A DNA stretch of 64,000 nt from an uncultured Candidatus Saccharibacteria bacterium (GTDB taxonomy: Bacteria; Patescibacteriota; Saccharimonadia; Saccharimonadales; Saccharimonadaceae), in NCBI GenBank assembly GCA_963525425.1, contig CAURII010000002.1:145259-209258 (forward strand), read 5' to 3'. Of the stretch, positions 1 to 10,295 are shown one piece after another (the stretch's first letter is position 1; each line of letters opens with the position of its first letter). A program made the position numbers and the translations under genes. The notes below the pieces were generated by a model that saw only the letters and a list, made by a program, of their open reading frames with translations, was not told where the DNA came from and did no database searches.

Positions 1-858
1 ATAAGCGCTGCAATGGTCGCCTAGTCCGTACATATTATTAAGAGCGGCCTGATTTGGCTGATACGGAGTGTAAGTATATAGTGCGGCTGTTGCCTTGCTG
101 GCGATATATACGTCTCCAGCGCCGCAGCCGCGCTGCACTACATTCCACAAAATTGAGTTAGTAGCGAATGGTTTTTTATAAGTCCACCAAGGTTTATCCA
201 TATTATCGAGATACCAGCGCATTAATTGGGCTCCAGATTCGACTTGCATTGAGAAGCCGGCATAATTGCGGTCGCAATTTGCGCTGCCGCCAGGTCCGCT
301 ATCGGGACAATGCGACCCCATGGCGTAAGTATACTGACTCTGTAGCGGCCAATTATCCGTGGTGAGCGGGCCGGCCGATTCAGTAGCGATTTTAACTAAG
401 ATGACTTTCGGGCTTAAATTATTACGCTTCGCTGCATCGTAGATTATTTGCGCCGCACTGACAGCCCCTGCTGGTATTGAACCGCTAAAGTTATTGGCAG
501 GAATGTAGTTGCCTGGCGAGTATTTAGGAACTTCATAGTAATCTTTTAGACAGACATAAGGCGGACCTGCCCAGCCCCGCAAAGCGGCATATTGTGCGCG
601 TGTAATATCACCTCTACCTTTTTCAATAGCGCGCCCAGTTCCGTATGTGTCGCAATTTGGGTTAACACTATTGAGAAATGCTTGGATATCAGCAACTGTC
701 ATGTCATCAGAATTAGTGAACACAAAGTCGTCAACGATGTTTCCAGCGCGCCAATCGCTAGCGGTGACGGCACTAGATTGATTAGCAAAAAACACTAAAC
801 TAAAAACACCAATTGCAGCAACGGCAATGGCAGAGATAAATATTCTCGTTTTCACCAT
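1..858 (-). CDS. Secreted lysozyme/lytic-transglycosylase-like protein (3' end runs off the window; absent from the ORF track)
   Basis: Manual translation from ATG at 858 stays open to base 1: MVKTRIFISAIAVAAIGVFSLVFFANQSSA (signal peptide)...SAAQIIYDAAKRNNLSPKVILVKIATESAG...ATAALYTYTPYQPNQAALNNMYGLGDHCSAY. Start overlaps the upstream stop (TAATG). Confidence 0.75.
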   Translation of the reverse strand, partial: MVKTRIFISAIAVAAIGVFSLVFFANQSSAVTASDWRAGNIVDDFVFTNSDDMTVADIQAFLNSVNPNCDTYGTGRAIEKGRGDITRAQYAALRGWAGPPYVCLKDYYEVPKYSPGNYIPANNFSGSIPAGAVSAAQIIYDAAKRNNLSPKVILVKIATESAGPLTTDNWPLQSQYTYAMGSHCPDSGPGGSANCDRNYAGFSMQVESGAQLMRWYLDNMDKPWWTYKKPFATNSILWNVVQRGCGAGDVYIASKATAALYTYTPYQPNQAALNNMYGLGDHCSAY

Positions 859-1424
859 TAAATCTCCTTTATTAAAGTTTTAGTTATAGGCTTGCCATTG
901 AGTGGAGTTACCGATAATGAAATAGTCCATTGGCCGCCGCCTACTGAAGATACGGGTACTGAAAATCCAGCACAGGTAGAGTATTCTGGCTGGTATATAA
1001 TATCAGCATTCTGCGCAACATTTTTTCCATTAGCGGCTACGGTTAGAGAGCATTTGCCTTGTGAATAACCCTGTTCTTTTAATTTTACGATAATTGTAAC
1101 GCTGTCTCCATCTCTGTTGGCTGAAAGCTCGATTGATGAATTATTTTTTGGCACTGGAGCGGGTTTACTTTCCTCAACAGACTTTTTTCCGTCATCTTTT
1201 GTGGCATTAAGGAATGATTCTTTAGTGTCCTGATTGGCTTTCTCTTCAGATTTTTTTTCTTGCGGCGTTGGCTCTTTACTGATATTTGGTACGGTTTCTT
1301 TTGGAAAAATTGAGATAATACCGATCTTATCAAGCGCGAAAACACTCCCGCAAATCGCGACAGCTACAGCAAGGGTAGCTACTAGGATTTGCTTTTTTGA
1401 AAGTTTTTTATTTGTAATTCTCAT
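858..1424 (-). CDS. Membrane-anchored hypothetical protein with charged linker and C-terminal beta-rich Cys-pair domain
   Basis: 188-aa ORF; N-terminal TM (ILVATLAVAVAICGSVFAL); K/E-rich linker; GKCSLTV...STCAGFSVP. Confidence 0.7.
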   Translation of the reverse strand: MRITNKKLSKKQILVATLAVAVAICGSVFALDKIGIISIFPKETVPNISKEPTPQEKKSEEKANQDTKESFLNATKDDGKKSVEESKPAPVPKNNSSIELSANRDGDSVTIIVKLKEQGYSQGKCSLTVAANGKNVAQNADIIYQPEYSTCAGFSVPVSSVGGGQWTISLSVTPLNGKPITKTLIKEI

Positions 1425-1475
1425 ATTTACATTATTTTAACACAAGCAAGCATAAGTGCAAAGATTGGATCGAGT

Positions 1476-2864
1476 TTATTTATAAGTCCACACCGTCTCA
1501 AAAACATAAAACCCAAGCACTAAAGCTAGCCCAAAGAACATAATAAGGTTAAATACTTTTTCATTCTTAGTTCTTACATTAATATACTTCTGCAGCCACA
1601 ACCCTACCGGCACTAACATAACTGCCGTTGCTGTAAAATATCTACCCTGAACACCATCTGCATAATACGCTCCCTCGCCAAACCTAAACGGCAATAAGGC
1701 CCACGCTGTATACATAGCATATGACACTGCACAAACAAACAACCCAATTGTCGCCAAATTATACACTGCCAATTTACCAGTCTGCTCTCCCAATAACTCC
1801 TGGTCTTTCTTGTTGTAATGAAGGAGAGAGAGGAAGAGGAGGGAAAAGAGCGGTATCAGCACAAACAAAGGCAGGTGGTATTTAAAGGATGAAAAATCAC
1901 CAACGCTACCACGTAATACAACATCCGTGTATCCGATAGTTGGGCTAATGTAGGTGTTAAACAGTATGGCAATAAACTTTAATGGATTGCTGTGGAGCGG
2001 ATTGTGCGCTGCGCCTAACGTAAGTAACGGCTGTCCAAATATTTTTTGCCAAATTAGTATGCTAATTATCGCGGCGATACCAGTTACTACCAATATAGTC
2101 CACTTCTGAATACTAAATGGCAGACGTTCGTTTTTGTTGGGTGAGAATAGATGCTTTGGTAAAAACAGAAGAGGAAACAGTAGTAAGGCATTTACAGATT
2201 TGGTTAGAGTAAGGAACACTCCTATACAGATAAGAGCGACTGTTTGTTTATGTGATAACTTATCCTTTTGAGTGAATAGGTTCAAGGTAAAAGCAGTAAT
2301 TGTAAAGACTGCCACATTTGTCATGCAGTCGCTTGATAGTGAAGCGGCCATATGAACCATAAGGGGGATAAGCCCAATTGCCGTAAATGCCCATTTGCCA
2401 ACGCGTACCCATTTTATGACGAAAAAGACGGCTACTGAATAAAAAATTATATTAGCAATTCGTCCAAACAGAATAGTTAGCCCAGTAGATCCTCCAAATA
2501 GATTTGCTATATTAATGCCGATTGCTTGCGGCAGGTGCATAATTGGCGGATAGCCAGATGCACTACTACATTTATCAACATCTAATGTATTGCGGTCTAT
2601 AGGCTTAGAGTAGTCTGCAGAAAAATTACCTTCGTAAACCGACCCAGCTCTTTTAGCGACATCTTTTGGAAGCGTACAATGTGATCCAGATTCTACGCGG
2701 CCTTGAGATATTCCGTAAGCTCGCAGGTAATGCATATTTTCATCGCTTACAGATAACTGAGGGACTAGTATTGCCGACAACACCCCAAAAAACAATGACA
2801 AAGATATAAAGACGTTTTCAGGCTTTTTAATAAAAGATAAGAATAAAGACCAACTTTTTTTCAT
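1476..2864 (-). CDS. DUF2142-family polytopic membrane protein (GT-C-like, GacL/WpsJ-type), copy 1
   Basis: 462 aa, many TM segments; DE..HY.RAY, YPP..HLPQ..G, GR.AN, ASLSSD and GVQGRYF motifs. Confidence 0.8.
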   Translation of the reverse strand: MKKSWSLFLSFIKKPENVFISLSLFFGVLSAILVPQLSVSDENMHYLRAYGISQGRVESGSHCTLPKDVAKRAGSVYEGNFSADYSKPIDRNTLDVDKCSSASGYPPIMHLPQAIGINIANLFGGSTGLTILFGRIANIIFYSVAVFFVIKWVRVGKWAFTAIGLIPLMVHMAASLSSDCMTNVAVFTITAFTLNLFTQKDKLSHKQTVALICIGVFLTLTKSVNALLLFPLLFLPKHLFSPNKNERLPFSIQKWTILVVTGIAAIISILIWQKIFGQPLLTLGAAHNPLHSNPLKFIAILFNTYISPTIGYTDVVLRGSVGDFSSFKYHLPLFVLIPLFSLLFLSLLHYNKKDQELLGEQTGKLAVYNLATIGLFVCAVSYAMYTAWALLPFRFGEGAYYADGVQGRYFTATAVMLVPVGLWLQKYINVRTKNEKVFNLIMFFGLALVLGFYVFETVWTYK

Positions 2865-3275
2865 AACTGTTTTTATTCTAGCACATTGTCATGATTAGGG
2901 TAGCTACTTAAATTTCCACACCGTCTCAAAAACATAAAACCCAAGCACTAAAGCTAGCCCAAAGAACATAATAAGGTTAAATACTTTTTCATTCTTAGTT
3001 CTTACATTAATATACTTCTGCAGCCACAACCCTACCGGCACTAACATAACTGCCGTTGCTGTAAAATATCTACCCTGAACACCATCTGCATAATACGCTC
3101 CCTCGCCAAACCTAAACGGCAATAAGGCCCACGCTGTATACATAGCATATGACACTGCACAAACAAACAACCCAATTGTCGCCAAATTATACACTGCCAA
3201 TTTACCAGTCTGCTCTCCCAATAACTCCTGGTCTTTCTTGTTGTAATGAAGGAGAGAGAGGAAGAGGAGGGAAAA
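1487..3275. repeat. 361-bp direct repeat (1487-1847 and 2915-3275) shared by the 3' ends of the two DUF2142 genes
   Basis: Both copies run tccacaccgtctcaaaaac...gaggagggaaaa at an offset of 1428; the encoded peptide is identical. Confidence 0.9.
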
Positions 3276-4292
3276 TGATGGTAGCAATATAAAAAGCGGC
3301 AGCCCATATTTAAAAGCAGAGAATGCGCCAATCACGCCCCTCAGGATATCGTCGGATACGGGCAGGTTTGGGTTTAGGTAAGTATTAAATAATATCTGGA
3401 TAAATTTGAGCGGATTGCTATGAAGCGGATTATGCGGTGCGCCAGTGGTGAGTAGGGGTTGTGTGTATACATGAAGCCACGCTATTAAACAAAGGCCTGC
3501 TAATATTGCTGCTGCCGAGAGAACCAACCATTTTTGCGGAATAAAAGATATTTTTGATTTTTTATCTGGAACGAAGAGGCGCTTCGGCAAGAAAATGACT
3601 GGTGATAATAAGAGTATTGTTACCGACTTTGTGAGAATTAACAAGCAGGCTACAGCAATAATAAGCAACTGCTGTTGTCGAGTTAACGGGCTTTTTTGGC
3701 AAAAGAGATTTAGCGTAGCAGCGATAGCGGTAAAAATTGCGATATTTGTCATACTATCTCCGGAAAGCGACGCTGCCAAATGTATCATTAGCGGAAATAG
3801 GCCGGTTGCTACGAATGCCCATTTGCCAATTCGTACCCATTTTATGACGAAATAAAGAGCAAATGAATAAAATATTAGGTTGGCCAATCTTCCAAATATA
3901 ATAGTTATTCCAAGTGAACCATGTACGAGATTTGCAAACATAATACCGATTGTTTGCGGCAGATGCATAATTGGAGGATAGCCGGTTGCGCTGCTGCATT
4001 TCCCTGTCTCTGTATCGCTGCGATTTATAGTTTTCTTATAGCTAGTTACGAAATTATTTACATCTGCTTCTTTTGCTTTTAATACCACTTCTTTAGGTAA
4101 AGTACAGGCAACTCCTGATTCAATTTTTCCTTGGGATAATCCATAGGCCCGCATATAATGTACGCCTTCGTCATTGACTGACAGCAGAGGTACGGTGGCT
4201 GCCGACAACACTCCAAAGAACAATGACAAAGATATAAAGACGTTTTCAGGCTTTTTAATAAACAATAGAAAGTGAGACCAATATTTTTTCAT
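2904..4292 (-). CDS. DUF2142-family polytopic membrane protein (GT-C-like), copy 2
   Basis: 462 aa paralog of 1476..2864 with the same motifs (NDEGVHYMRAY, YPPIMHLPQ, GVQGRYF). Confidence 0.8.
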   Translation of the reverse strand: MKKYWSHFLLFIKKPENVFISLSLFFGVLSAATVPLLSVNDEGVHYMRAYGLSQGKIESGVACTLPKEVVLKAKEADVNNFVTSYKKTINRSDTETGKCSSATGYPPIMHLPQTIGIMFANLVHGSLGITIIFGRLANLIFYSFALYFVIKWVRIGKWAFVATGLFPLMIHLAASLSGDSMTNIAIFTAIAATLNLFCQKSPLTRQQQLLIIAVACLLILTKSVTILLLSPVIFLPKRLFVPDKKSKISFIPQKWLVLSAAAILAGLCLIAWLHVYTQPLLTTGAPHNPLHSNPLKFIQILFNTYLNPNLPVSDDILRGVIGAFSAFKYGLPLFILLPSFSLLFLSLLHYNKKDQELLGEQTGKLAVYNLATIGLFVCAVSYAMYTAWALLPFRFGEGAYYADGVQGRYFTATAVMLVPVGLWLQKYINVRTKNEKVFNLIMFFGLALVLGFYVFETVWKFK

Positions 4293-4350
4293 ATACTAAG
4301 CAAATTATAAAGTAGAGTAGTATATTGGGCAAACTTGCTATACTAATGAC

Positions 4351-5610
4351 ATGCAGTCGAAAAAAAAGGATTACATCTGGAACTCACTAGGCTCATTGTT
4401 ACAGAGTGCGATCTCTCCAGTATTGCTAATTGTTATCACTCGACTAAACGGCATTGACGATTCTGGACTGTTTTCATTTGCAATATCACTTTCAGTGGTG
4501 TTTTGGGCGGTTTCTTTATGGGGTGGTCGGACTTATCAGGCATCTGATGTCAAGCGGGAGTTTTGCAGCGGCGGTTATGTCGCTGTGCGTTTCGTTGCAT
4601 CGCTTATTGTGGCAGTTTCTGCAGTGGTGTTTTGTGTATTGAATGGATATAACGCTACTAAAACAGGCTTGATTATGATTTTGGTAGCCTTTAAAATTTT
4701 AGAATCAATTGCCGATTCGTTGTATGGTGTTTTGCAAATCCATCGTAAATTGTATATCGCTGGCATCTCACTAACCATGAAAGCGATTCTTGGTTTTGGG
4801 TTATTTATAGTGGTTGATATTTTAACTAAGAATGTCATATACGGCGCGCTGGCAATACTACTAGTCAATACACTCATTATCCTTCTGTACGATGTGTTAT
4901 GGGTGCGACGTGTTGAAGCTATCGCTATGAATAAAAAGTTCATCAAAGAATACGCCGGTCAGGCTGTTGTAATCATGAAACGTACTTCAGCGGTATTTGT
5001 TGTGGTGTTTTTGACGATGTTTTCACTCAATATCCCGCGGTATTTTTTGGACAAGTCTCATCCTGATCAAATTGGTTATTTTGGCATTATGGCAATGCCA
5101 ATTACGCTCCTTGGACTCTTCATATCGTTTATCATTCAGCCGAATGTCGTCAATTTGTCTGAACTATTAGCAAAAGGAAAATTGAAGGAGTTCGCGCGAA
5201 TCGTCGGCAAGATTAATCAAATAACTTTTGGGATGGGCGTACTTTCAGTTGTCCTGAGCTATTTGATTGGTGTTTGGATGCTTAACGTTATTTTTGGCAT
5301 CAATATCAATAATTTCCGCCTTGATTTGACAATTATGGTTATTGGCGCGGCGGCGAACGCTTTTGTGTCGATTCATGTTAATTTGCTGATAATTATGCGT
5401 CGGTTTAAGGGGCAATTTTACACACTGCTACTTACGGATATTTTGGCGGTAGTGATGTCTATGTGCCTGATTGAGCAGTTGGCGATGTTGGGTAGTGTGC
5501 TAGTTTTCATGATAATTAGCTTTTTGCAAGTAGCACTTCTGTTGTTTATCTACAAGTGGTCGCTAAAAGATGCTATAATAATTTACAAAGTAAAGGGGAG
5601 TTATGAGTAA
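4351..5610 (+). CDS. Wzx-like polysaccharide/oligosaccharide flippase
   Basis: 419 aa, about 12 TM; opens WNSLGSLL..AISPVLLIVITR..G...G.FSFA; lies in a glycan locus. Confidence 0.75.
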   Translation: MQSKKKDYIWNSLGSLLQSAISPVLLIVITRLNGIDDSGLFSFAISLSVVFWAVSLWGGRTYQASDVKREFCSGGYVAVRFVASLIVAVSAVVFCVLNGYNATKTGLIMILVAFKILESIADSLYGVLQIHRKLYIAGISLTMKAILGFGLFIVVDILTKNVIYGALAILLVNTLIILLYDVLWVRRVEAIAMNKKFIKEYAGQAVVIMKRTSAVFVVVFLTMFSLNIPRYFLDKSHPDQIGYFGIMAMPITLLGLFISFIIQPNVVNLSELLAKGKLKEFARIVGKINQITFGMGVLSVVLSYLIGVWMLNVIFGININNFRLDLTIMVIGAAANAFVSIHVNLLIIMRRFKGQFYTLLLTDILAVVMSMCLIEQLAMLGSVLVFMIISFLQVALLLFIYKWSLKDAIIIYKVKGSYE

Positions 5611-6460
5611 GAAGTATGTAATTCTGGGGGCAAACGGACAATTGGGAAAAGCATTACGTGTAATGTTCTCGGACGCCAAGGCACTGTCACGAGAAGAATT
5701 GGATATAGCCGATGAAGCACAAATAGACACGTTTGATTGGTCAAGATATGACGTTATCATAAATGCAGCAGCCTTGGTTAACGCTGATGGATCTGAGACA
5801 GAAGAACTGCGCGCCAAGACGTGGCTGGCCAATGCTTATGGTCCACGCAACCTAGCTAAGATTGCCATTGAGCAGAACAAGACCCTTGTTCACTATTCGT
5901 CAGATTATGTCTGGGACGGTCGGGAGAAAAACCATCAAGACGATGAAGTGGTTGCACCTCTTCTGGTCTATGGAGAAAGTAAGGCAGCCGGTGATTTGGT
6001 GGTCAGTTTGGTACCAAAACACTACATTATGCGAGTATCTTGGGTCGTTGGTGACGGTCACAATATGCCAAAAACCATGAAAAATTTAGCGGATATGCGT
6101 ATCAATCCAAAAGTCGTCAATGATCAATTTGGTCGGCTAACGTTTGCGTCAGAGATTGCTCGAGCCACTAAATATTTCTTAGATAATAATGTTGTGTATG
6201 GGCTGTATAACGTATCTAATGATGGTCCAGTGAAGTCGTGGTATGAAATTGCTGCCGATGTTTTCGAATATGCCGGACATGACCGTAACCGTGTGCAGCC
6301 GATTTCCACTGAGGAATATGCAGCCAGTAAACCGGGTTTTGCACCACGGCCACTTAATAGCGACATGGACTTATCAAAACTACGCCAAACAGGCTTCACG
6401 CCAAGTGATTACACCGGTCTATTAAAAGATTATGTTAACCAATTACCAGTAAACGAATAG
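5603..6460 (+). CDS. rmlD: dTDP-4-dehydrorhamnose reductase family (RmlD paralog)
   Basis: GANGQLG Rossmann motif, NAAA, SSDYVWDG, YGESK, VVNDQFGRLT, APRP. Confidence 0.85.
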   Translation: MSKKYVILGANGQLGKALRVMFSDAKALSREELDIADEAQIDTFDWSRYDVIINAAALVNADGSETEELRAKTWLANAYGPRNLAKIAIEQNKTLVHYSSDYVWDGREKNHQDDEVVAPLLVYGESKAAGDLVVSLVPKHYIMRVSWVVGDGHNMPKTMKNLADMRINPKVVNDQFGRLTFASEIARATKYFLDNNVVYGLYNVSNDGPVKSWYEIAADVFEYAGHDRNRVQPISTEEYAASKPGFAPRPLNSDMDLSKLRQTGFTPSDYTGLLKDYVNQLPVNE

Positions 6461-6466
6461 GAGACT

Positions 6467-7456
6467 GTGACTATGAATAAAGGAATTTTAAACGTTATAT
6501 ATCAGAGTGATGACAACTATGCCGTAGTCAGTGCAATATCTATTGTGTCACTTTTGGAGAACAACAAACATTTGAAAGAGATTAATATTTTTTATCTCGG
6601 ACACCAGCTCAAAAAAGATAGCATTAACAAATTCAACAAAATGACTGGAAATTATAAGAATGCCACAATTACTTTTGTTGACGTATCGAGTTATCCTGAT
6701 GAATTGAAAGAAATTGGCGTTAAGGCCTGGAAAGGCCTGTATATCACATGGTATAAGATGTTAGCGTTTGCTAAGCTTGATATCAAAACGGACCGATTTT
6801 TGTACATTAACCCGCACACGGTGATTAGCGGTGCGCTTGATGGTCTTTTGGAGCTTGATTTTGAGGATAATGTGATGGCGCTGTCATACGATGCTACCAT
6901 GGTAAACGCACACAAGGACGTTATTGGCTTGAAACCAACCGACGGCTACTTTAACTGTGGAATTATGCTTATCAATCACAAAAAATGGATGAAAGATAAG
7001 ATTGATGCTAAGATGCGCGAGCATTTACGGCACAATCATTACGAGGTGGCTGACCAAGATTTATGTAACGTGTTTTTTAAAGGCAAGATCAAGAAAGTCG
7101 GTGTAGAGTATAATTTCTCGACCGTTTTCTATGGCTATGACATTAAAAAATACATTAAAGCCAACGGTTTCTTGCCCGAGAGCTTTTACAGTTATGATGA
7201 AATCATGGAGAGTTACTACGCGCCGAAGATCGTTCATTCGCAGTTTGGTGTGAACGGTAGGCCGTGGCAGCAGGGTAATGATAATCCAGTTGGTTTTTTG
7301 TGGCGTAAATATTTGAAACTAACGCCCTGGAAAAACGCTAAAATGCCAGTAGCGAAGAAGGATATAAACTGGCGACTGTATGACCTATTGCCGCAATCGA
7401 TAATCGTCAATCTGTATGCGTGGGCGGTTAATCGTAAGTTTGCAAAGACAAAATAG
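6467..7456 (+). CDS. Glycosyltransferase family 8 (atypical, lacks the DxD motif)
   Basis: SDDNY...SI.SLL, YFNCGIMLIN, ADQD.CN, YN, IVH and RPW motifs of GT8. Confidence 0.8.
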   Translation: MTMNKGILNVIYQSDDNYAVVSAISIVSLLENNKHLKEINIFYLGHQLKKDSINKFNKMTGNYKNATITFVDVSSYPDELKEIGVKAWKGLYITWYKMLAFAKLDIKTDRFLYINPHTVISGALDGLLELDFEDNVMALSYDATMVNAHKDVIGLKPTDGYFNCGIMLINHKKWMKDKIDAKMREHLRHNHYEVADQDLCNVFFKGKIKKVGVEYNFSTVFYGYDIKKYIKANGFLPESFYSYDEIMESYYAPKIVHSQFGVNGRPWQQGNDNPVGFLWRKYLKLTPWKNAKMPVAKKDINWRLYDLLPQSIIVNLYAWAVNRKFAKTK

Positions 7457-7483
7457 TAAATAAATTAAATGATAGGATAAGCA

Positions 7484-8299
7484 CTAAAGCCGCGACAAGA
7501 AACTATGAATGCGTGATGTCACGCGAAGTTTTGCTGCTCGTGCGGCTTTTTTCCAGCCAATCTCATTAAACCTATCGGAAAAATTATCATAGACTTCGTT
7601 CTCTTCCTTGAATCGGATACCATTTTTACCTTTTTCCTTACTGGATAACGACTCGGCAAAACGGCGGTATTGAAAAGTTTCTGTTGTGTCAAAATAAAGC
7701 GAAGCGCCATCAATAATCATGGTTAATTCGACGATGACGTCTTCAAGGATTTTATACTTTGTATCAAATGAGTATTGTTTGAGAGTATCGGTTTTCCAAG
7801 TGATGGATGGAAAATAAAGCCAATTTCCACAGCAAAGCGACGCAGCAAGTTTTTCGCCAGACAGTATGCCAGATTTTTCAGGTTGCAGTATTCTTTTAAC
7901 TTTATCGGCAAGCGGTAGATATACGTTACTTTTGTCGTCGATTATCTGTACGCGAGGCTGATAAAAGTCTGCTTCACCAATGTTTTTTAGCGCAGTATCA
8001 ACGTAGCTAGGTAGTAGTTTATCGTCGCAGCCGACGATCATACAATACGGTGCGCTTGCGTGTTGAATAGCGTAATTAAAGTTGGCGGTGATACCAATAT
8101 TTTTACGGTGTCTGATATACGTGATGCGTTTATCGTTTAACTTTTTGTAATAATTATAGGCGGTTTTATCTGGATAATGATCGTCAAGAATAGTCAAATG
8201 CCAGGCTTTGCTGGTTTGTGCTAGTACTGAATCGACGGTTTGCTTCAATAGTGAAGACTCACCCCAGTACGGTACGATGATATCAATACTATTTTTCAT
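7484..8299 (-). CDS. Glycosyltransferase family 2
   Basis: Likely start MKNSIDIIVPYWG at 8299; SVLAQT, ILDD, NIGITANFN, GCDD and ILED motifs. Confidence 0.85.
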   Translation of the reverse strand: MKNSIDIIVPYWGESSLLKQTVDSVLAQTSKAWHLTILDDHYPDKTAYNYYKKLNDKRITYIRHRKNIGITANFNYAIQHASAPYCMIVGCDDKLLPSYVDTALKNIGEADFYQPRVQIIDDKSNVYLPLADKVKRILQPEKSGILSGEKLAASLCCGNWLYFPSITWKTDTLKQYSFDTKYKILEDVIVELTMIIDGASLYFDTTETFQYRRFAESLSSKEKGKNGIRFKEENEVYDNFSDRFNEIGWKKAARAAKLRVTSRIHSFLSRL

Positions 8300-8642
8300 C
8301 CGACAGCCTGATTGATAATTCTTGATGCAAATCGCGCAGTCTTCGCTCGTTTTGGTCGATACGCTGGCGCTGGTTGTTGGCGATGTAGAATAGCAAAATA
8401 ATCGCCGTAGTTTGCAGAATATCAAATAAGCTTAACTCTGACGAATCCAGCGGCGGATGGCCAATCGAAATATTATACAGAGGAAATGACCCAATCAGTA
8501 CAACCATGATAACCATCCAGATAATTAATTGATGGCGAAAGCGCGTTACACTAACTTTGCGCAGCTTGTACTGAGTGATGATATTGATCAATGCTGCTAA
8601 AATAATCGGCACATTGAGTAGTACTAGGATAAGATATCTCAT
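8289..8642 (-). CDS. DUF2304-family small membrane protein (GacJ/WpsB-like)
   Basis: 117 aa, 3 TM, C-terminal coiled tail ERRLRDLHQELSI; coupled to the upstream GT2. Confidence 0.7.
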   Translation of the reverse strand: MRYLILVLLNVPIILAALINIITQYKLRKVSVTRFRHQLIIWMVIMVVLIGSFPLYNISIGHPPLDSSELSLFDILQTTAIILLFYIANNQRQRIDQNERRLRDLHQELSIRLSDEK

Positions 8643-9343
8643 TCGAATAACTCCGTTAAGCGTTGCTTAAATAGTCGTTTGACGATATTGATGGCATTCC
8701 AGTTGTTTTGGCCTTTGGCTCGGGAATAGTTGGTGTAAATTGCCTTAATTGGGTATTCGGAAATAACCATGCCTGCTTGTTTGGCACGCCAGATCATCTC
8801 TGAACAAAACTCATAACCAGTCGATTTCCAGTCGAGGTTATCAATTGCCCTTCGCGAGTAAACCCGCAGTCCAGATTGCGAATCAGTAACATTAATACCA
8901 AACAGGGCATAAGTGATGAAACTTAAGCCTTTATTTCCCAAAACCTTAGTCCTAGACATGCCTTCGCTATTGATGAGTCGGCTACCGATAAGTAAATCAG
9001 TGTTAGAGCTATCGCTCTGCCGAATTCCCGCCAAAACATCTTCTGGATCGTGCTGGCCATCAGCATCCATGGTGGCGGCAATATCATAGCCGTGTTGCCG
9101 CGCGTAGGCAAGCCCAGTCAAGGTGGCGCCGCCAGCTCCAGAATTCAAGATATGATCAATGACAATTGCGCCGCCTTTTCGAGCTTGTTCGAGCGTATTG
9201 TCTTTTGATCCGTCGTTGATTAGAACTATATCAACCGAGTAGTCTTTTTTGGCTTTTGAGAAAACTTTTTTGGCTTTTTTAATAACACTTTCAATGACAG
9301 CTGCCTCGTTATAAGCTGGAATAATAACACAAACCCTCTTCAT
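8639..9343 (-). CDS. GT2 polyprenol-phosphate glycosyltransferase (GacI/DPM1-like)
   Basis: IPAYNE, NDGSKD, MDADGQH, IGSR and TDSQSGLR motifs. Confidence 0.85.
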   Translation of the reverse strand: MKRVCVIIPAYNEAAVIESVIKKAKKVFSKAKKDYSVDIVLINDGSKDNTLEQARKGGAIVIDHILNSGAGGATLTGLAYARQHGYDIAATMDADGQHDPEDVLAGIRQSDSSNTDLLIGSRLINSEGMSRTKVLGNKGLSFITYALFGINVTDSQSGLRVYSRRAIDNLDWKSTGYEFCSEMIWRAKQAGMVISEYPIKAIYTNYSRAKGQNNWNAINIVKRLFKQRLTELFE

Positions 9344-9362
9344 GTTAATAGTATAACACTAT

Positions 9363-10208
<846 letters not shown>

Positions 10209-10255
10209 AAACCTCCTGCTTTTCTAACAATAAGTATAACAAATAGGTTAGCTAA

Positions 10256-10284
10256 TTGACAAAAGTACAAAAATAAGTTAAAAT
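10256..10284 (+). promoter_or_regulatory. Sigma70-type promoter
   Basis: TTGACA (10256) - 17 bp - TAAAAT (10279), upstream of ATG 10296. Confidence 0.7.
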
Positions 10285-10295
10285 GTAAGCCAGTT

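Noticed and set aside
168..798. Plus-strand ORFs 168..365 and 592..798
   Set aside because: Shadow ORFs antisense to the real minus-strand gene starting at 858.
1487..3275. DGR template/variable repeat pair
   Set aside because: The copies appear identical with no adenine-specific mismatches, both lie in paralogous CDSs, and there is no RT.
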